In this document: positions 12,281 to 24,200 of the stretch, piece by piece | Position numbering within the stretch: the first letter of the stretch is position 1 | Layout of the letters: every line of letters starts with the position of its first letter | From: Raillietiella orientalis | Lineage: Eukaryota | Reading direction: 5' to 3' | DNA length: 64,000 nt | NCBI GenBank assembly: GCA_036172245.1 | Contig: JAYWIR010000013.1 | Span: forward strand, 2,790,001-2,854,000 | Notes under the pieces: model-generated | Seen by the model: the letters and a program-made list of their open reading frames with translations, nothing else | The model's database searches: none | Told to the model about the DNA's origin: nothing | Position numbers and translations under genes: made by a program

Positions 12281-12649
12281 TTAACCTGCATAATGCCGAA
12301 ACCCGAGCACGCAGGCTTTCATCTTTTTATAACTATGACTTCGGTGTCGAATTCGGTCTAATGTTCCGCTGGCCTCACTTCTGTCTGCAGAAAACGTCCA
12401 TACTAACTGAAAAAAACGTTGCTGATGCTAAACAAGGTTGTGGGTCCGACCCACGTAGGTGAACTCTTCCAACAGAGCTCCCGCCTCGACTGAGGACGCG
12501 TTGCGTTCTTGTTCCTCTTCGGTTGCTCCTAATGGACGCGAGCGAAGAGGGGCGCAGATCGCATCCTCACTCCTAGGTAGAAGTGCCGGCGAGATGGGCT
12601 GATTGGAACTCGCCAGCTCTTCGTCTTCCTGCGTAGCTCCCTCCTTGAC

Positions 12650-13100
12650 CTTGATCAGTTCGTTCTGCCCCTTCCTCTCTCCCAAGTTCGAGATGCCAGT
12701 GCAGAGCGGCGGAGGATGTGGTCCAGGGGTTTTTCCTACACCGCGCACTGTTCCTGCCCGGGCTAAGGGAGCTAAGTACACCGCGGACGAAACCGGGATG
12801 AAATGTCGAAGCCCCTTTGCCCCCTCTCTCACGCTCTCCGTCTTCCTCGGCGCTATCCAGTAGGACGCTCGAGATAAGAAAAATTCCAGGAAAATCGCGG
12901 TCGTCAAACGGGTCAAGAGATGCACGGCAAAGTCTCAGTTTCCTCGAGGACGTTTCTCTCATCCTTCCCAAGACGAGGGATACGAGAGAAGGGCGGGTTG
13001 AGTTTCCGTGATACCAGACAAGACCTTGGTCGGTTACCCTGGAATCGAAGCGAAAGGTCGGTGGGTGAGGTGTTGAAACACCAGCTAAGAGGAGGCTCTT
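12650..13100 (-). mobile_element. LINE ORF1-like relic with degenerate zinc knuckle
   Basis: A frameshifted ARCRK..GPHPPPLC motif at about 12700-12755 resembles CX2CX4HX4C with the first Cys lost. Confidence 0.25.
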
Positions 13101-13403
13101 TTCCTTGGCTAGAGGATTTTCTATTTTACGGGGAGGCTCCACGCAACGTTATCGCCCCAAAAAAACATAAAAAAATAAATAAATAAGCGGAGTCCATCCT
13201 GCATCTTGGAATGCCATCCGTTCCCACACTGCCTCTGTAGGGGTTCGAGCGCTTCATTTGCAAGGAGCAGAGATCACCAGGCAAAGGCTCCCTGCCTCCT
13301 TCCACAATTTGATCCCAGCCAGTTCTCTGCAGAGCACCAGTCACGAAGGATTCGTTGGGCCCGCCGACGTCAACAGACGGGACGTTCTTCAGGAGAGCGA
13401 GAT

Positions 13404-14285
13404 TTGCCGCCCGGGAAAGTCGGGGCATTTATTTGGTATGAAAATAAACATTCACAATTATTGTGGTGGGGCCAATCGTCCAACCACTCCCATTTCAAAG
13501 TCGGTACTGTCGGATAGTCGGTACGCGGACCGGTGGGATCCGCCCAGGCAGCAGAGGATAGGAGACAGACAAAAATAAAATAAAAATAAATAAATGAATT
13601 GGGGAGCGGGGGGGGGGGAAGGGATCACGTTCTGCCGGAGCGGTCCTTTGAATCCTTTCGAGGATGCTAACAAGCTCACGCTGCATACGATCCAGGTGGA
13701 GCCATCTTTTGTTGCTGCCGTCCTCAGGAAGCGGACAGCGAAGTGGATGTGGCACCCCTGTCTCTGTACCCTACTCATGGGAGGGCTGCAAGCGAGGCTG
13801 CCGGCCGAAGGGTGCATCGTGCACGAGGAAGAGTATTCGTGCACCCCTGGAGTTGCCGCCGAGGGGTTCCTAGGGCCGCGGCAGAGCGTCCCTCGAGGGG
13901 CCAGAGGGCAACAAGCAGGTGCGGGAGGAATTCGCGCTCCCTGCATCTGATGCAGGTTGGGTCCACACACACCCGGATCCAGTGATGCCTGCGGGCGTTT
14001 CACGGGAGACCCCAGTGCAGCAGCATCAATGCAAAGACTCCTGCCACTTCAATGGGAGGGTGCGGGTGTCCATGAGCACCGGGGGCCACCATGGATCCTC
14101 CGAGCGCAGGAGTCCTCGAAGTGGGGCACTCGGGGTCGCAGCGGTCTGTAAGCTGGTCGTCCACTTATGCAGTTCCTTTTTCCTGCCGGAGATCTCTATG
14201 GATACCTGCCGTCTTTCCGAAACGCCGTTGCCATGTGTTCCCTCAGGGAGGGTCAGCGCCGCGGCAAGGAGGTTCTTCCTGCACA
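13404..14285 (-). mobile_element. L1/Tx1-like 3' fragment
   Basis: Reads TAATP..TRTLPLKWQE..CIRCREREFLPHLL and ends AATAAATGCCCCGACTTTCCCGGGCGGCAA on the minus strand. The 5' boundary is approximate. Confidence 0.8.
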
Positions 14286-14620
14286 AAGAGAGTGAGAGTG
14301 AGTCTGGACGGATGCTGGGACCACCTGCTGACCGCAGAGATCTCCAGAGTCACCGCTCATGCGCAAGCCGAGCACGCCGCGTAGGTGATCACGTGACGCG
14401 CCGGCTTCCTGTCCAACGAAATGTGACGAAAAATCGAGGCACCCAGCGAGCACGTGGAGGGCGCAGCTGCGGGGCACCCATCCATGGGGCGCGCCTCGCC
14501 CGTGGACTGCGCAAGAGGCACGAGGGACGGGGGTGCAGCGAAACAGCTTCATTTATCCCCTCGGCAACGCCGAGACTGTTTTCCTCCACTTTGCAACAGA
14601 AGGTGTGCCTTCCCACGAAA

Positions 14621-14643
14621 ACACACACACACACACACACACA
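14621..14643. repeat. (AC)n microsatellite
   Basis: Read directly from the sequence. Confidence 0.95.
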
Positions 14644-14849
14644 GCTCGGAAGTCCCGTCGCGTGCTTCAAGCCGAGGCCCCTGGACTCGGTGCACGGAAA
14701 CGCTCCTGCCCTTTCCCGTTTCCCCTGGTAACGCAAACCGCACGGATTCGGCTGCCAACCGCTTTCCGGAGAAAGCGAGCTCCATTACTCGAAAGATGAC
14801 AAGGTATTAATCAAATGCCTTTGCTGATGATCTCGTTGTCGGTTCGTGT

Positions 14850-15000
14850 CCGTGCTGGAAGGAACCCCGAAGTTTATTCCATCGCGACAAAGGTTGCGGC
14901 AGCCCCCAAACCGCCGTTCCTCTGTCCTCCACGTCCCCACATTCATTGACGACAGGCGCAGTTTGGAATTCCCGATCAATCTAATAAGCGCGGTCTTTCT
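14850..15000 (-). mobile_element. RTE-clade endonuclease N-terminal relic
   Basis: KLRLSSMNVGTWRT..LCRDGINFGV resembles the RTE APE start RLxSxNVGTM..LxxxxIDI. Confidence 0.35.
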
Positions 15001-16090
15001 GGAAGCTGCCTCGCAGCGAGGCGAGGTTGCGCCCGAGGTTGCTGGAAGATTTTGGCCTGTCATTGCTGCCGGGAATTCTGCGCAGTCGACACCTCCTCTT
15101 CTCAACGCCGCCCCCCTCCCCCCTTTCTTCCTTTTTTTTTCCTTTGAAAAAAAAAAAAAGAATGAAGCTGAGATACGTCGGAAGTCAGAATAAAGAAGGG
15201 ATTTTTGCGCGTGTCAAGCGGACGACGTGCCTTTTTTTCTCCTTCTCTTCCGAATGCGCGTTCCCTTATTTCGCGTCGGTACGCGCCGCGGAGTTCCAAC
15301 GTTTCGACGGAGTGTTGAAGCGCCCCCCCCCCCCACCCACACTTTCTCATTACCACTTTCTTTATTAACCCACTAGTGTTCCTTCCTTCCTCAGTGTCAT
15401 TACTGACGTTGTGACCACTTTCGAGAGGAACGCTTTTATCGGTCGACGTGTGATCGCCATTTGGATCACGCAACTGCGGAGAGCGGTCGTCCCGGGCACG
15501 AGTCATGCAGCCGGTCGTATCCGAGGAGGAGCTTTCTCTCCATCGCTGGACACCGACTCGCTTCCTGCTCCCCCCCTCTCCCTCCTCGCCGAGCGGCAGA
15601 CTTTCGAGCGGGCCGCGCTCGCTCGAAAAGAACGCCGCCCCCCCGCCCTCCCCACTGCTAACGCCTTTCGCGATGCGGCGGTGGGTTCCTCTCACGCACG
15701 CTGCTCCGCTCGCGGAGACGGGGGGTTTCCAGGAGCGGATCGGAGGAGGTGAGGGGGAAGCGGGTCAGGTGCCGCCGGGCGCGGCCTGTCCGGACCGCCG
15801 GAGCGAAAGAGGGGCGGATGCGTCCGTGCGGCCTCCGCGAGACACGGTGCACACGCTACCAGTGCACACACGGTCTGTGCACGGTTCTTCGGCGGCAGAT
15901 CGCACGCCCAGCGGCGCCGGTCGCGTGTTCCAGCGGCCTCTCGTTCGCTTCGAGCCCACGCGATGCCGCTGGCGCTGTTTCCGTCAGCGCGGCTCTCGCG
16001 GAAGGCAGCGGAGCATTCGCGGTGCGATCGCTGACACGCGTTTTTGTTTTTGTTTGCTCTTGGATTTGTATTTCGCTTTACTTTTTATTT

Positions 16091-16116
16091 TTATTATTAT
16101 TATTATTATTATTATT
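16091..16116. repeat. (ATT)n microsatellite
   Basis: Read directly. A second shorter tract lies at 17121-17140. Confidence 0.95.
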
Positions 16117-16199
16117 GTTGCTTTTCGCCTCGATAAACGAATTCTTTCGGTTTTGAATACACCGAAAGGCAAACGCGTCGCGTCGAAACCGAAAGCGAA

Positions 16200-17050
16200 A
16201 GTGTGACGTCATCGGCTTCAGTGAGATCGATCTCCATAGCGTAATTACAGATATTGATTCCCGGCAAACGGAATTTTCGAGACGGGGATTCCAGGACCGC
16301 GGAAACCGAAAACCGTCGTGGAGAAGGTGAACCAGCCGAAGGTGTGCCAAAACTCGGCACGGGGTGCAAACGAGATGGGATCTCTGGACGGCATCCTTCT
16401 CTCCCCATCAATCCCGAACTCCTCCGGCTCTGGTTCAAGTGATCTTTCCGGGCTCCGCTTCCTGACAGTAGCTGATAGCGCCGTTGGATGCAAATGTTGA
16501 AAAGTTGGAAGCTGATAAGAGTGAGAGAACCTACCAAAGTGGTGGCGGCTCTCTGGGCAAGCACACGTTCCCACTGCAGATAAGGGAAACCGCTTCGGAG
16601 GAAAAAAACAAGAGCGTGTGCAAACGGCAACAGCTCCTTTTGGAAGCATCCCTGTGCTCATCCGAACGGGAGAGCCAAAGGGTTTTTTTTGCGTGCGCGT
16701 GTGTTTTGCCCTGGAAACTCACGAGGGCGTTCCGCGTGTTCCGATAAGCGCCATGACGGAGCGACAGTGTCTTTCAAAAGTGGAAAACCTGACGTCCGGA
16801 GGGAGCGTCGCAGACGACGGGCCTCCTCAGTTCTTCGGTTGCTCAGCGCCACGTTGCCCGGGCGCACTGGGGAACGATTCCCGTGCTCATGGCAGGGATT
16901 CAAGGGGGAGAGGAGAGGCTGCGTTGGTTCCGGAGGGACGCGCCCGCCACGCATGGCGAAAGCGAGAGGGTTCCCTTGGCGACCACTCTCCAAGCAAATG
17001 CTGTCAAACGACTGTCTTTTCAGCACTCACAGCAGCGGTGCAGTCCCTGC
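16200..17050 (+). mobile_element. CR1/L2-like EN and early RT relic
   Basis: CDVIGFSE, ILIPG..FR, VREPTK, SVADDGPP (~KSxGPDG) and WRPLS occur in the expected order across frames. Confidence 0.4.
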
Positions 17051-17949
17051 TGGAAGGGGAGGGAAACGAAAACGAAAAGCCATGCACTGCCTGTCCCCAT
17101 TTTTTTTGTTTGGACATGTTTTATTATTATTATTATTATTTTTATTTCTCTCCCCTGGCTCCGAAACATGGATCCGTCATCGTTGGCATCCTGTTCGTTG
17201 GTAGCACTCCAGCTCTCGAGAGCGCGCGCTCTTCACGGAGGGATGCAAGGTCGGTGGATTTTCGGTTTCCCGCCGGCAGCGATGCTGGAGCAACAACATC
17301 ATCTCTGGTTTCCAGTTTCCAGGCGAAAATGGGTTCAGCGCTGTCCCAGCGCGGGCGGCGCTCCGCTTCCCCCTGGCCACCTTTTTTTCCCCTTTCGTGC
17401 CCGTGCTCCCAGGGAAGCAGAATTCCGGTTATGTTCCTCCGGCGTTCTGGGAGTTGATGAATGCCGCAAGCGTCGCATCGCAGGCAGGTTTAATCGATCC
17501 GAGATCACTTCCCTGGGCGCTCGGCTCCATCTGATCGCAGGCAGAGGGGGCAACGAGGGCGCAGCTGCGTGGAATTTTTGCGCAACCGCCTCCTCGTGAG
17601 GCTCCAGCGCGACGCGGCGGTTCGGCTCAAAATGGAGCAGCATCAACCACACGGACCGAATTTCTGATGGGTAATAAGTTCGCGGCTGCGGCGCGCGCAC
17701 AGGTGGTTGGGGAAGGGGGGAAGAAGCTTTCTTCCCTCATCTGCAACGTTCTCTGCTCTCCGGAACGGCGTCGCTGCTCAGGCGAGCGTGCTGCCGAAAT
17801 CACGTCGGACGTCGAGCGACGGCAGCAGTGCTCCGTTGACATCGCTCGAGATCGCATGGTTCCCTCCCTCCCCCCTCCGAGATAACAAACGGCATTTGGC
17901 AACGACGAAGACACTCGGAAAACACGCCCAGATAAAACACCTCACGAGG

Positions 17950-18330
17950 GACGTGGCGCTACAGTTGGGGCATCCCTTCAACAGGATATCGTCGCTGCTG
18001 CCACGTTCTCCGCCCAAGGCACGAAGCTGACCCATATTTGCGCCGGAATATTCTTCTTGCAGACCCGCGGTGGATTGCTTCCGGATCGATGGGAGGCGTT
18101 TTCAGTGCTGTAAAGATCTCAAGCTGGAACTTATGCTCGGGATCGATCCGGAAATCGATCTCCTCCCCCACTCTCTCGCATGATCCAGGGGTTCCAGGAG
18201 GTAAACTGACGCTCCCACGTCACAACCTTGCCTCCCATCTGAGCGTGGTTCCGGTGCATCGAGCGGGCAGGATGCGCTGCCCATCCTTGAAGGGTGCTCC
18301 GCGCCGTCAGGGAAGGAAACCTGCTCGCAA
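17950..18330 (-). mobile_element. possible Gypsy gag-protease relic
   Basis: GEEIDFRIDP resembles GxxIxFKIDTG and follows a Cys/His-rich segment. Confidence 0.2.
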
Positions 18331-19019
18331 AAGGGTTCGGAAAACAAAAAGGGAGCTCGCTTTTCTTCTCTCCTGAGGTGTTCTTGGGATTTCCGAGACT
18401 CTCTCGCTTCCGTGCATCCTCTTTGTGCCTTCAGGCTGAATGTTATTCCTCGCGAATCTCACAGCATCCTCGCGAAATCCTTTTCAGAAAGTTGTCCCAG
18501 GATAAGCTGCAACATGCTGCCTAAATTGAGTCAGCGTTGAGTCAGAATTCCCTGACGGTACAGCCGCATCTGCGTTCACACTGGGGACCGTCCCCACCTT
18601 CCGCCTTTTTCCTTCCTCTTCGGGCAAGGGGTCGAGTTGGATCCCTCTGTTAGCTCCCGTTGCTTGCCTCGCATCGGCGTGGATGTTCGTCCGGGGAACG
18701 CTGCTACCTTCTCTCGCCAAAGTCCCTCGCGTCCCTTCCGGAACGTCTCTCGCATCTCGCCTGAGAGCCACCGTGCCACCTACCTTGAGGAAGGTGCTCC
18801 GGACTGGCTCCAGGCCAGCGGACCTCGCCAAACCGCCGCAACGCGAATGCAGGTGCTTGTTTCCGGATGCCTCGGACTGGACCTTCCCGAGGTCTCGGTC
18901 TCCGGACTGCGTCGGTAGGTAGGGAACGGGAGGTGAGATGCTGCAGCCTCGGGACAGGAAAGGGAGGGTCTTCGGGGGGAGATGGGGACGCTGCCACAGG
19001 AAAGAGCGATGCCGAATGC

Positions 19020-19500
19020 TTTCAAGAGAGCACTGTCTTGCAGCCCACTGTGTACTCTGGAGATTCAAGGGAAGGTGATCTCCTCTGCGTAAGAGATCCG
19101 AAGACCACCAGACTTCAACAGTGGAGACAGTCAGTGACCTGGTTGAAGACCTGATTGAAGCCGTCGTCATTGACATGTCTAAGGAGCAAAGAAGGAAATG
19201 AGCAACTCTTTTGTCGCTTTCTGAGAACGGAAGATGAGCGGCGGGCGAACGCAGGTTCCCTAGCTGGAGAGCAGTTCGTCCGGCGGACTGTCCGGTCTGC
19301 GGGGCATCTGATGCTGGTCTCGTGGTGTGGAGGAGGCAGGAACCCATTCACCTCGCCCGGAAGGATGCAGCAGCATTCAAAGAACTCCTTCTTGGGTTCA
19401 AGGTCAAACCAGTAGATTGAGAGCAGCTGCTCAACCCTCCCTGATCCCAACGACGGCCATCCACACCTCTCCGTCCATTTCCTTCCACCTTTAGTGGAAG
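19020..19500 (+). mobile_element. CR1/L2/Jockey-like endonuclease relic
   Basis: VTWLK (~ETWL) and LPDPNDGHPHLSVHF. 19435-19491 is paralogous to 20553-20609. Confidence 0.3.
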
Positions 19501-20299
19501 GGAACGAGGGCAAACAAGAGCTACGCTGGATCGGAGCATGGGAATGGGCTGAATTGGTTGTAAAAGATTCGGTAGCACCGGGAAATGGGGGGGCTGCATA
19601 GAAAAAAGTGAATTCGGTTGTCAAGAGGAAGGGCAGAAGAAGAGTGTAGCGAATCCAGAAAGGGTGGATTCCTTGCAGGAAATCTGGAAGTGAAGTCTTC
19701 TCCGAAGGAAAGAGCTGCCTCCTGCAGGGTGGGCCAGCCACTCTGGCCCTGACTTACGGAGAAGACTTGACCTATCCGAAAGAGGGTGGTTGCCGGAAGA
19801 TGGCCGCAGACGGATCTCCCGCACAGCCCGCAGATCTCCAGCGAGCCCCGCGTCAGCAGCGATGACGCTTGGGGAGGGCCAGTCGAGGTGCTCTTCTTGA
19901 AAGTGGTTCCGCAGCCTTTCCCCATGGAGAGCCTGGGGATGATGCCTCCCTCAGCTGGAGGGGAAGGGCTTCCGCGACCACCGCTGCTGCCAGACTTCTG
20001 CGCCAAGTTTCGCAGTTCTTCACCGCCCCGCTCACTGCACTCTGATCTTGGCCAAGAGGCCGAGGAGCGAAGGAGCACTTCTTCTAGAGTCCGTCCCTCT
20101 ATGGCTTAGGGAAAAGCGGTCAGCCGTTAGCATTCGTCCGGAATGCGTCCGGATGCTGAGCGCCAACAGGAAGCTCTACGTGAGGGAGCCACCTCGAGGA
20201 CGCAGCAGCAGCAGCAGTGGGGAACGAGAGTAACGCGCCATCGCCACGGAACGAGAGCGTTCCCCAGAGATTCCTCGAGGGATGTGCATCCCCCGAAAG

Positions 20300-20610
20300 G
20301 GTCTTCCTTGCTTCTGAGAAGAAGTGGAGAAATGCGGAATGAGGAGAGCGCATCGCGTCTGCTTCCGTCCCTCTTCCTTCCACGAGAGAGCGTCGGGGAC
20401 CTCCCCACGCTCCCTTCAGAGATATAGCCCTCCGTTCGTGGAGGAAAAGAGGGGAGGGGGGAACAGCAGCAGCATCCCTGCGCTTCTTTTCCCGTCGCCT
20501 GGGACCTTCCTCTTCTCCTCCTTCCACCATCTCCCTCCGTCTCCCTGTTCCTCCCTCCCTGCTCCCAACGATGACCATCCGCACCTCTCCATCCACTTCC
20601 TTTCGCCTTC
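20300..20610 (+). mobile_element. CR1/L2/Jockey-like endonuclease relic, second copy
   Basis: RYS..KRGGG (~GY..RGGGV) and LPAPNDDHPHLSIHF. Confidence 0.3.
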
Positions 20611-21749
20611 ACCAGCATAGACGAGCCAAGCCCAAGGCCGCTCCGAACCCCACCAGCAGCCCAGCCTCTCCCGATCTTCCTGCAGGCGGCGCCTGCATCT
20701 CTGCTGGACCATCTGGCCGACCGGGGATGCAGCGTCCCTTTGTCGCTGCACTGCACCTGCCGCCTGCGGGTTCGGGACTTCTGGCGTCCCCCTCCCCTTC
20801 TGACCTCGTTGATCAGCCGCGCGGACCCCCCCAGCTCCCTCTACAAGACTGTCCAGCCCCCCTTTCCCTTATTATCCCACGAGAGATGCGGGTGGCTACG
20901 AGGCGCGGGGGTCGGAAGCACCAGCGGAACAGCGGTGGCGGAGAAATGCTGGCGCCTCGCTACCTGGGGAGCGGGCAACGACCTCCTGGCCCGCGCGCGG
21001 TTTGCGCAGGTCTTCGAGGATGGGGAAGAGAGAGGCAGCGGATGGACTGCCGACGCGGTTCGCATCCTCGGGCAGGAGACGCCGCCTGCTCGTCGAGGCA
21101 GCGCCGGCGCGGATGTCCAGAAGGACGAGCGCCACTTCTTCCACGTTTCCTAACAGCAGCAGCACCGCGAGTGGACGGGATGCGTCCCTGGAACTCCCAA
21201 CAAGCAGACGAGCGGCAGATTCTCCAGGTTCCCAACGCCACGGGCTCCTAAGGGAGTCAACGACGGCGCCTCCTTCGCACGTGCCTCCGGCCCGCCGCTG
21301 GCCCCTTCTCCGAAGGGCATCCTCTGCACGCCTGCTTCCAGACCTGCGCGCAGCTGGAGCAGCCTCTCTTCCTTCCTTCCTTTGTAGGCATCCAAAATCC
21401 TGGGAGGCTTGACCTCGCCTCCCCCCTCCAAGGCCACGCGCGCCTCCCCAGGTGGGTCCTCCTCCCCACGCGCGCAGGATGGCAAACACACGCGCAAAGA
21501 CACACAAAAAGAAAATACGGCGCCACCCGTCCGCGTCAGTCCTTTCTTTGACTCTGTTTATTCTACCGGGACCGCCGCACCCTCCTGGAGGGCTCCCTTC
21601 GCCCGCGACTCAAGCGGGGCTTGTGCGGGGTACACCCGGTAGGAGTGGCCAAGTTAGCCTCCGGCCGACCGCGCGGATCTTCGGACCGCCGCTCCCAGGC
21701 GGCGGCGGAGCAGCCGAGCAATCCTGGGTTCTCCCCCTGCCTCGCTGTC

Positions 21750-24200
21750 GCCTCCCCTGCACAGCTGGCGGAGCGCCTGCTGCCCACGGAGAAAAGCGGG
21801 GGTAACGGGGGAGTCACGGAGAGGACAGGAAAGGGGGAAATGAAATGAAGGGGTGGGTGCCTGGGATACTCTGCCCGGGGAGGAGCTCGGGAAATCGTGA
21901 CGTCGTCCGCCTCCCGTAATGCTGCGGTCGGGAAAGAGGCGGACGAGACAGGGAGGGCGAAGCCCTTCCGGGAGAGCCCCCGCCGGGAACGGCACGCGGG
22001 CGCACTATGGACGGAGCGAAGGGGGTGGTCGACAGTCGAGCGCTTCCGGAGTCGAAGTCACGCGAGGGGGAGCTCCTGGAGTTCCCCTGCGGTCACCGCG
22101 ACTTGAATGGGGAAGGGGCGGATGGGAAAGAACGCTCCGGGGTCCTCCCATTCCGCAGCCCTGAATCCCGCTGCTGCTCCTCCGCGCAGTGGTGTCAGTC
22201 AGGGCGTGACCAGCCACCCGCCGCTCCGGGCCGCTCCCGAGGCGTCGGACCGTCCATCGCATGCCCAAGGGCTGGAGGGACGGCGAGCGCCACCCTTCCT
22301 CAGGGACGCCAACTCGGAGGGGAGGGGAGAGGAGGGAAGGTCCGCGTTGCCATGTCGACGGGCAGCTTCTCGGGGAAAGCCAGCCCTCGTTACCACCCCG
22401 CACCCTTGCCCCCACTCGTCGCACTTCCGGTCCGGCGGTCCTTCGTAAGCACGGTGGCGCCAGCTACGGAGACGCCGCCGATCCCTGGAAGCGTCGACAC
22501 CTCGTCGGCGGCCGCGCGCATGGCGGCAGAATGTCCTCCCAGCGGACAACGCGGCCTGCTCTTTTGGTACGGGCGTCCGCAACGATGGCACCAAGGGAGC
22601 CGCGCGGGAAAGAAACGCCGCCGGCTGGTCCGCCGCTTCCTCACCCACCGCTGGGTCGGCGGGCAGCTGCCCCACAAGGGAGCCAGGGACGTCAGAGAAG
22701 GAGCGCGTCTCCGGTCTCGCCCGCTGGCGGCGCTGCAGTGGACGCATGGGACGAGTGGGGCGGGGATGAGCGGGAAATGACGACCTCCGTGGTCCTACTA
22801 GAAGGCACCTGGACAACTGAGGGAGAGCTCTTCGCCGGAAGGTGCGTGCCCTCGGAGACGGGCTGGCTCAAGTCGGTGGTTACCAGGCCAACGAAGAGGA
22901 AGGGAGGAGGAGGAGGAGAGGCTGGTGGATCCGCAGCAGCCACGAGCGTCCTGTCCTGGAGGGTCGTCCTATGCGCTGATCCCGGACACACCTGCCGGCT
23001 CCCAGCGCAGCGCCTCTTCCCAGAGACGCTGAGGGCAGGGCATCGACGGGCAAAGAAGTTGGGCAGGTGGAGAGGAGTTTCGCTTCCACGGATACGTCGA
23101 GGACTTAGTGAGGGCGCACACGAGGTGGACAAGCCCTCCTTCCTTCTCGAGCCCGTTCCCAACGCATCGCGGGTGGGGGAAGGGGGAGGAGGGCCAGCCA
23201 CCACATCTCCCCCTCTACCCCGTCTCCCTGGCCGCCGCGGAGGCGTTCCTTGGTGGACGGCAGAGGGTGTACGAGGAGCATCTCCTCTCGGATGCGGTCT
23301 CCAAGTGAGCCCTCGGCGAGCGGGAGCCGTGTGCTGCGCGCCGCTATGCCGGTTGCGCGAGGCGTTTCGGCTTGCCTTCTTGCCCCTCGCCATCGGGCAC
23401 TCCGCTGACGCTGCGAGGGCATCCGGGGGGTCGTCTTTTTTCTGCGACGGCGGGGGTGGGTGGAGACTTTTTTTTGCACCATCGAGGGGAGTGAGACCAC
23501 CACATCATCGGGAGCTGCAGGCGGACACCACGCGGACGCCAAGGCGCGTTCCGGCAGCACCGGGAGAGACGGAGGAGGAGGGTCCTCTCCGCCCTGCCTC
23601 CCCCCATTGAGAACACGGAGTTGCCAAGGGTACGGAAGGGGAGACGTTCCGGAGGCGAGGCGGTCTTCGGCGCGGGAGAAACGAGTGTCTTCCAGCGTCG
23701 CAGTGGGGAAGGGTGGGGGGGATTCTCCACTGGGAGGACACGGGCAGGCAGGCAGGGGAAGGGAGGACCGTCGGACTTCTCCTCGGGAGTGGCCGCATCG
23801 ACAAGGCGGCAGCAGCAGCGGCCAGGAGGATGTCCCTGAGGCAAGCGAAGGGAGGCAGCGACCGGGACGTGGCCTGCCCGGGGAGCCGTGGGTTTTCCCC
23901 GGGGACTCTGGGCGGGTCCCGATAACGCGGACCTGTCCTCCGGACCTGGAGGCGGCCGTGGGTTACCGTGGAGCACGACAGAGGCAGTCGGAGGAGACGG
24001 AGTGGTTCCGAGCCCGGAGGCGATCGCAGCCCCTGCGTTCCCTGCGGAGCCGAGGGCGGCCGCCATCCAGGCAACGGTCGCACTCCGAGCAGCACGGCGT
24101 GGTGTCCACCTCAGTGGTGTGGTTGAGGGGGGTGGAAGGGGGGTATGCGGGAAGATCGACGTCCCCGTCGTCACTCGCGGGAGCTCTCCCTCTTCCGCTG
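21750..24200 (-). mobile_element. very GC-rich, heavily decayed L1/Tx1-like ORF2 relic
   Basis: WRSPSL (~WRPISL), AEEQQ (~EEQxGF) and READDVTI (~YADDVTI, about 21895-21915) occur in order on the minus strand. The upstream extent is uncertain. Confidence 0.35.

Noticed and set aside
19435..20760. G-patch- or SRCR-like words on the minus strand (RKWMERCGW.., WSSRDAGAACRKIG)
   Set aside because: The plus strand of the duplicated segment is better explained as two LINE endonuclease remnants, and the required conserved Gly/Cys spacing is missing.
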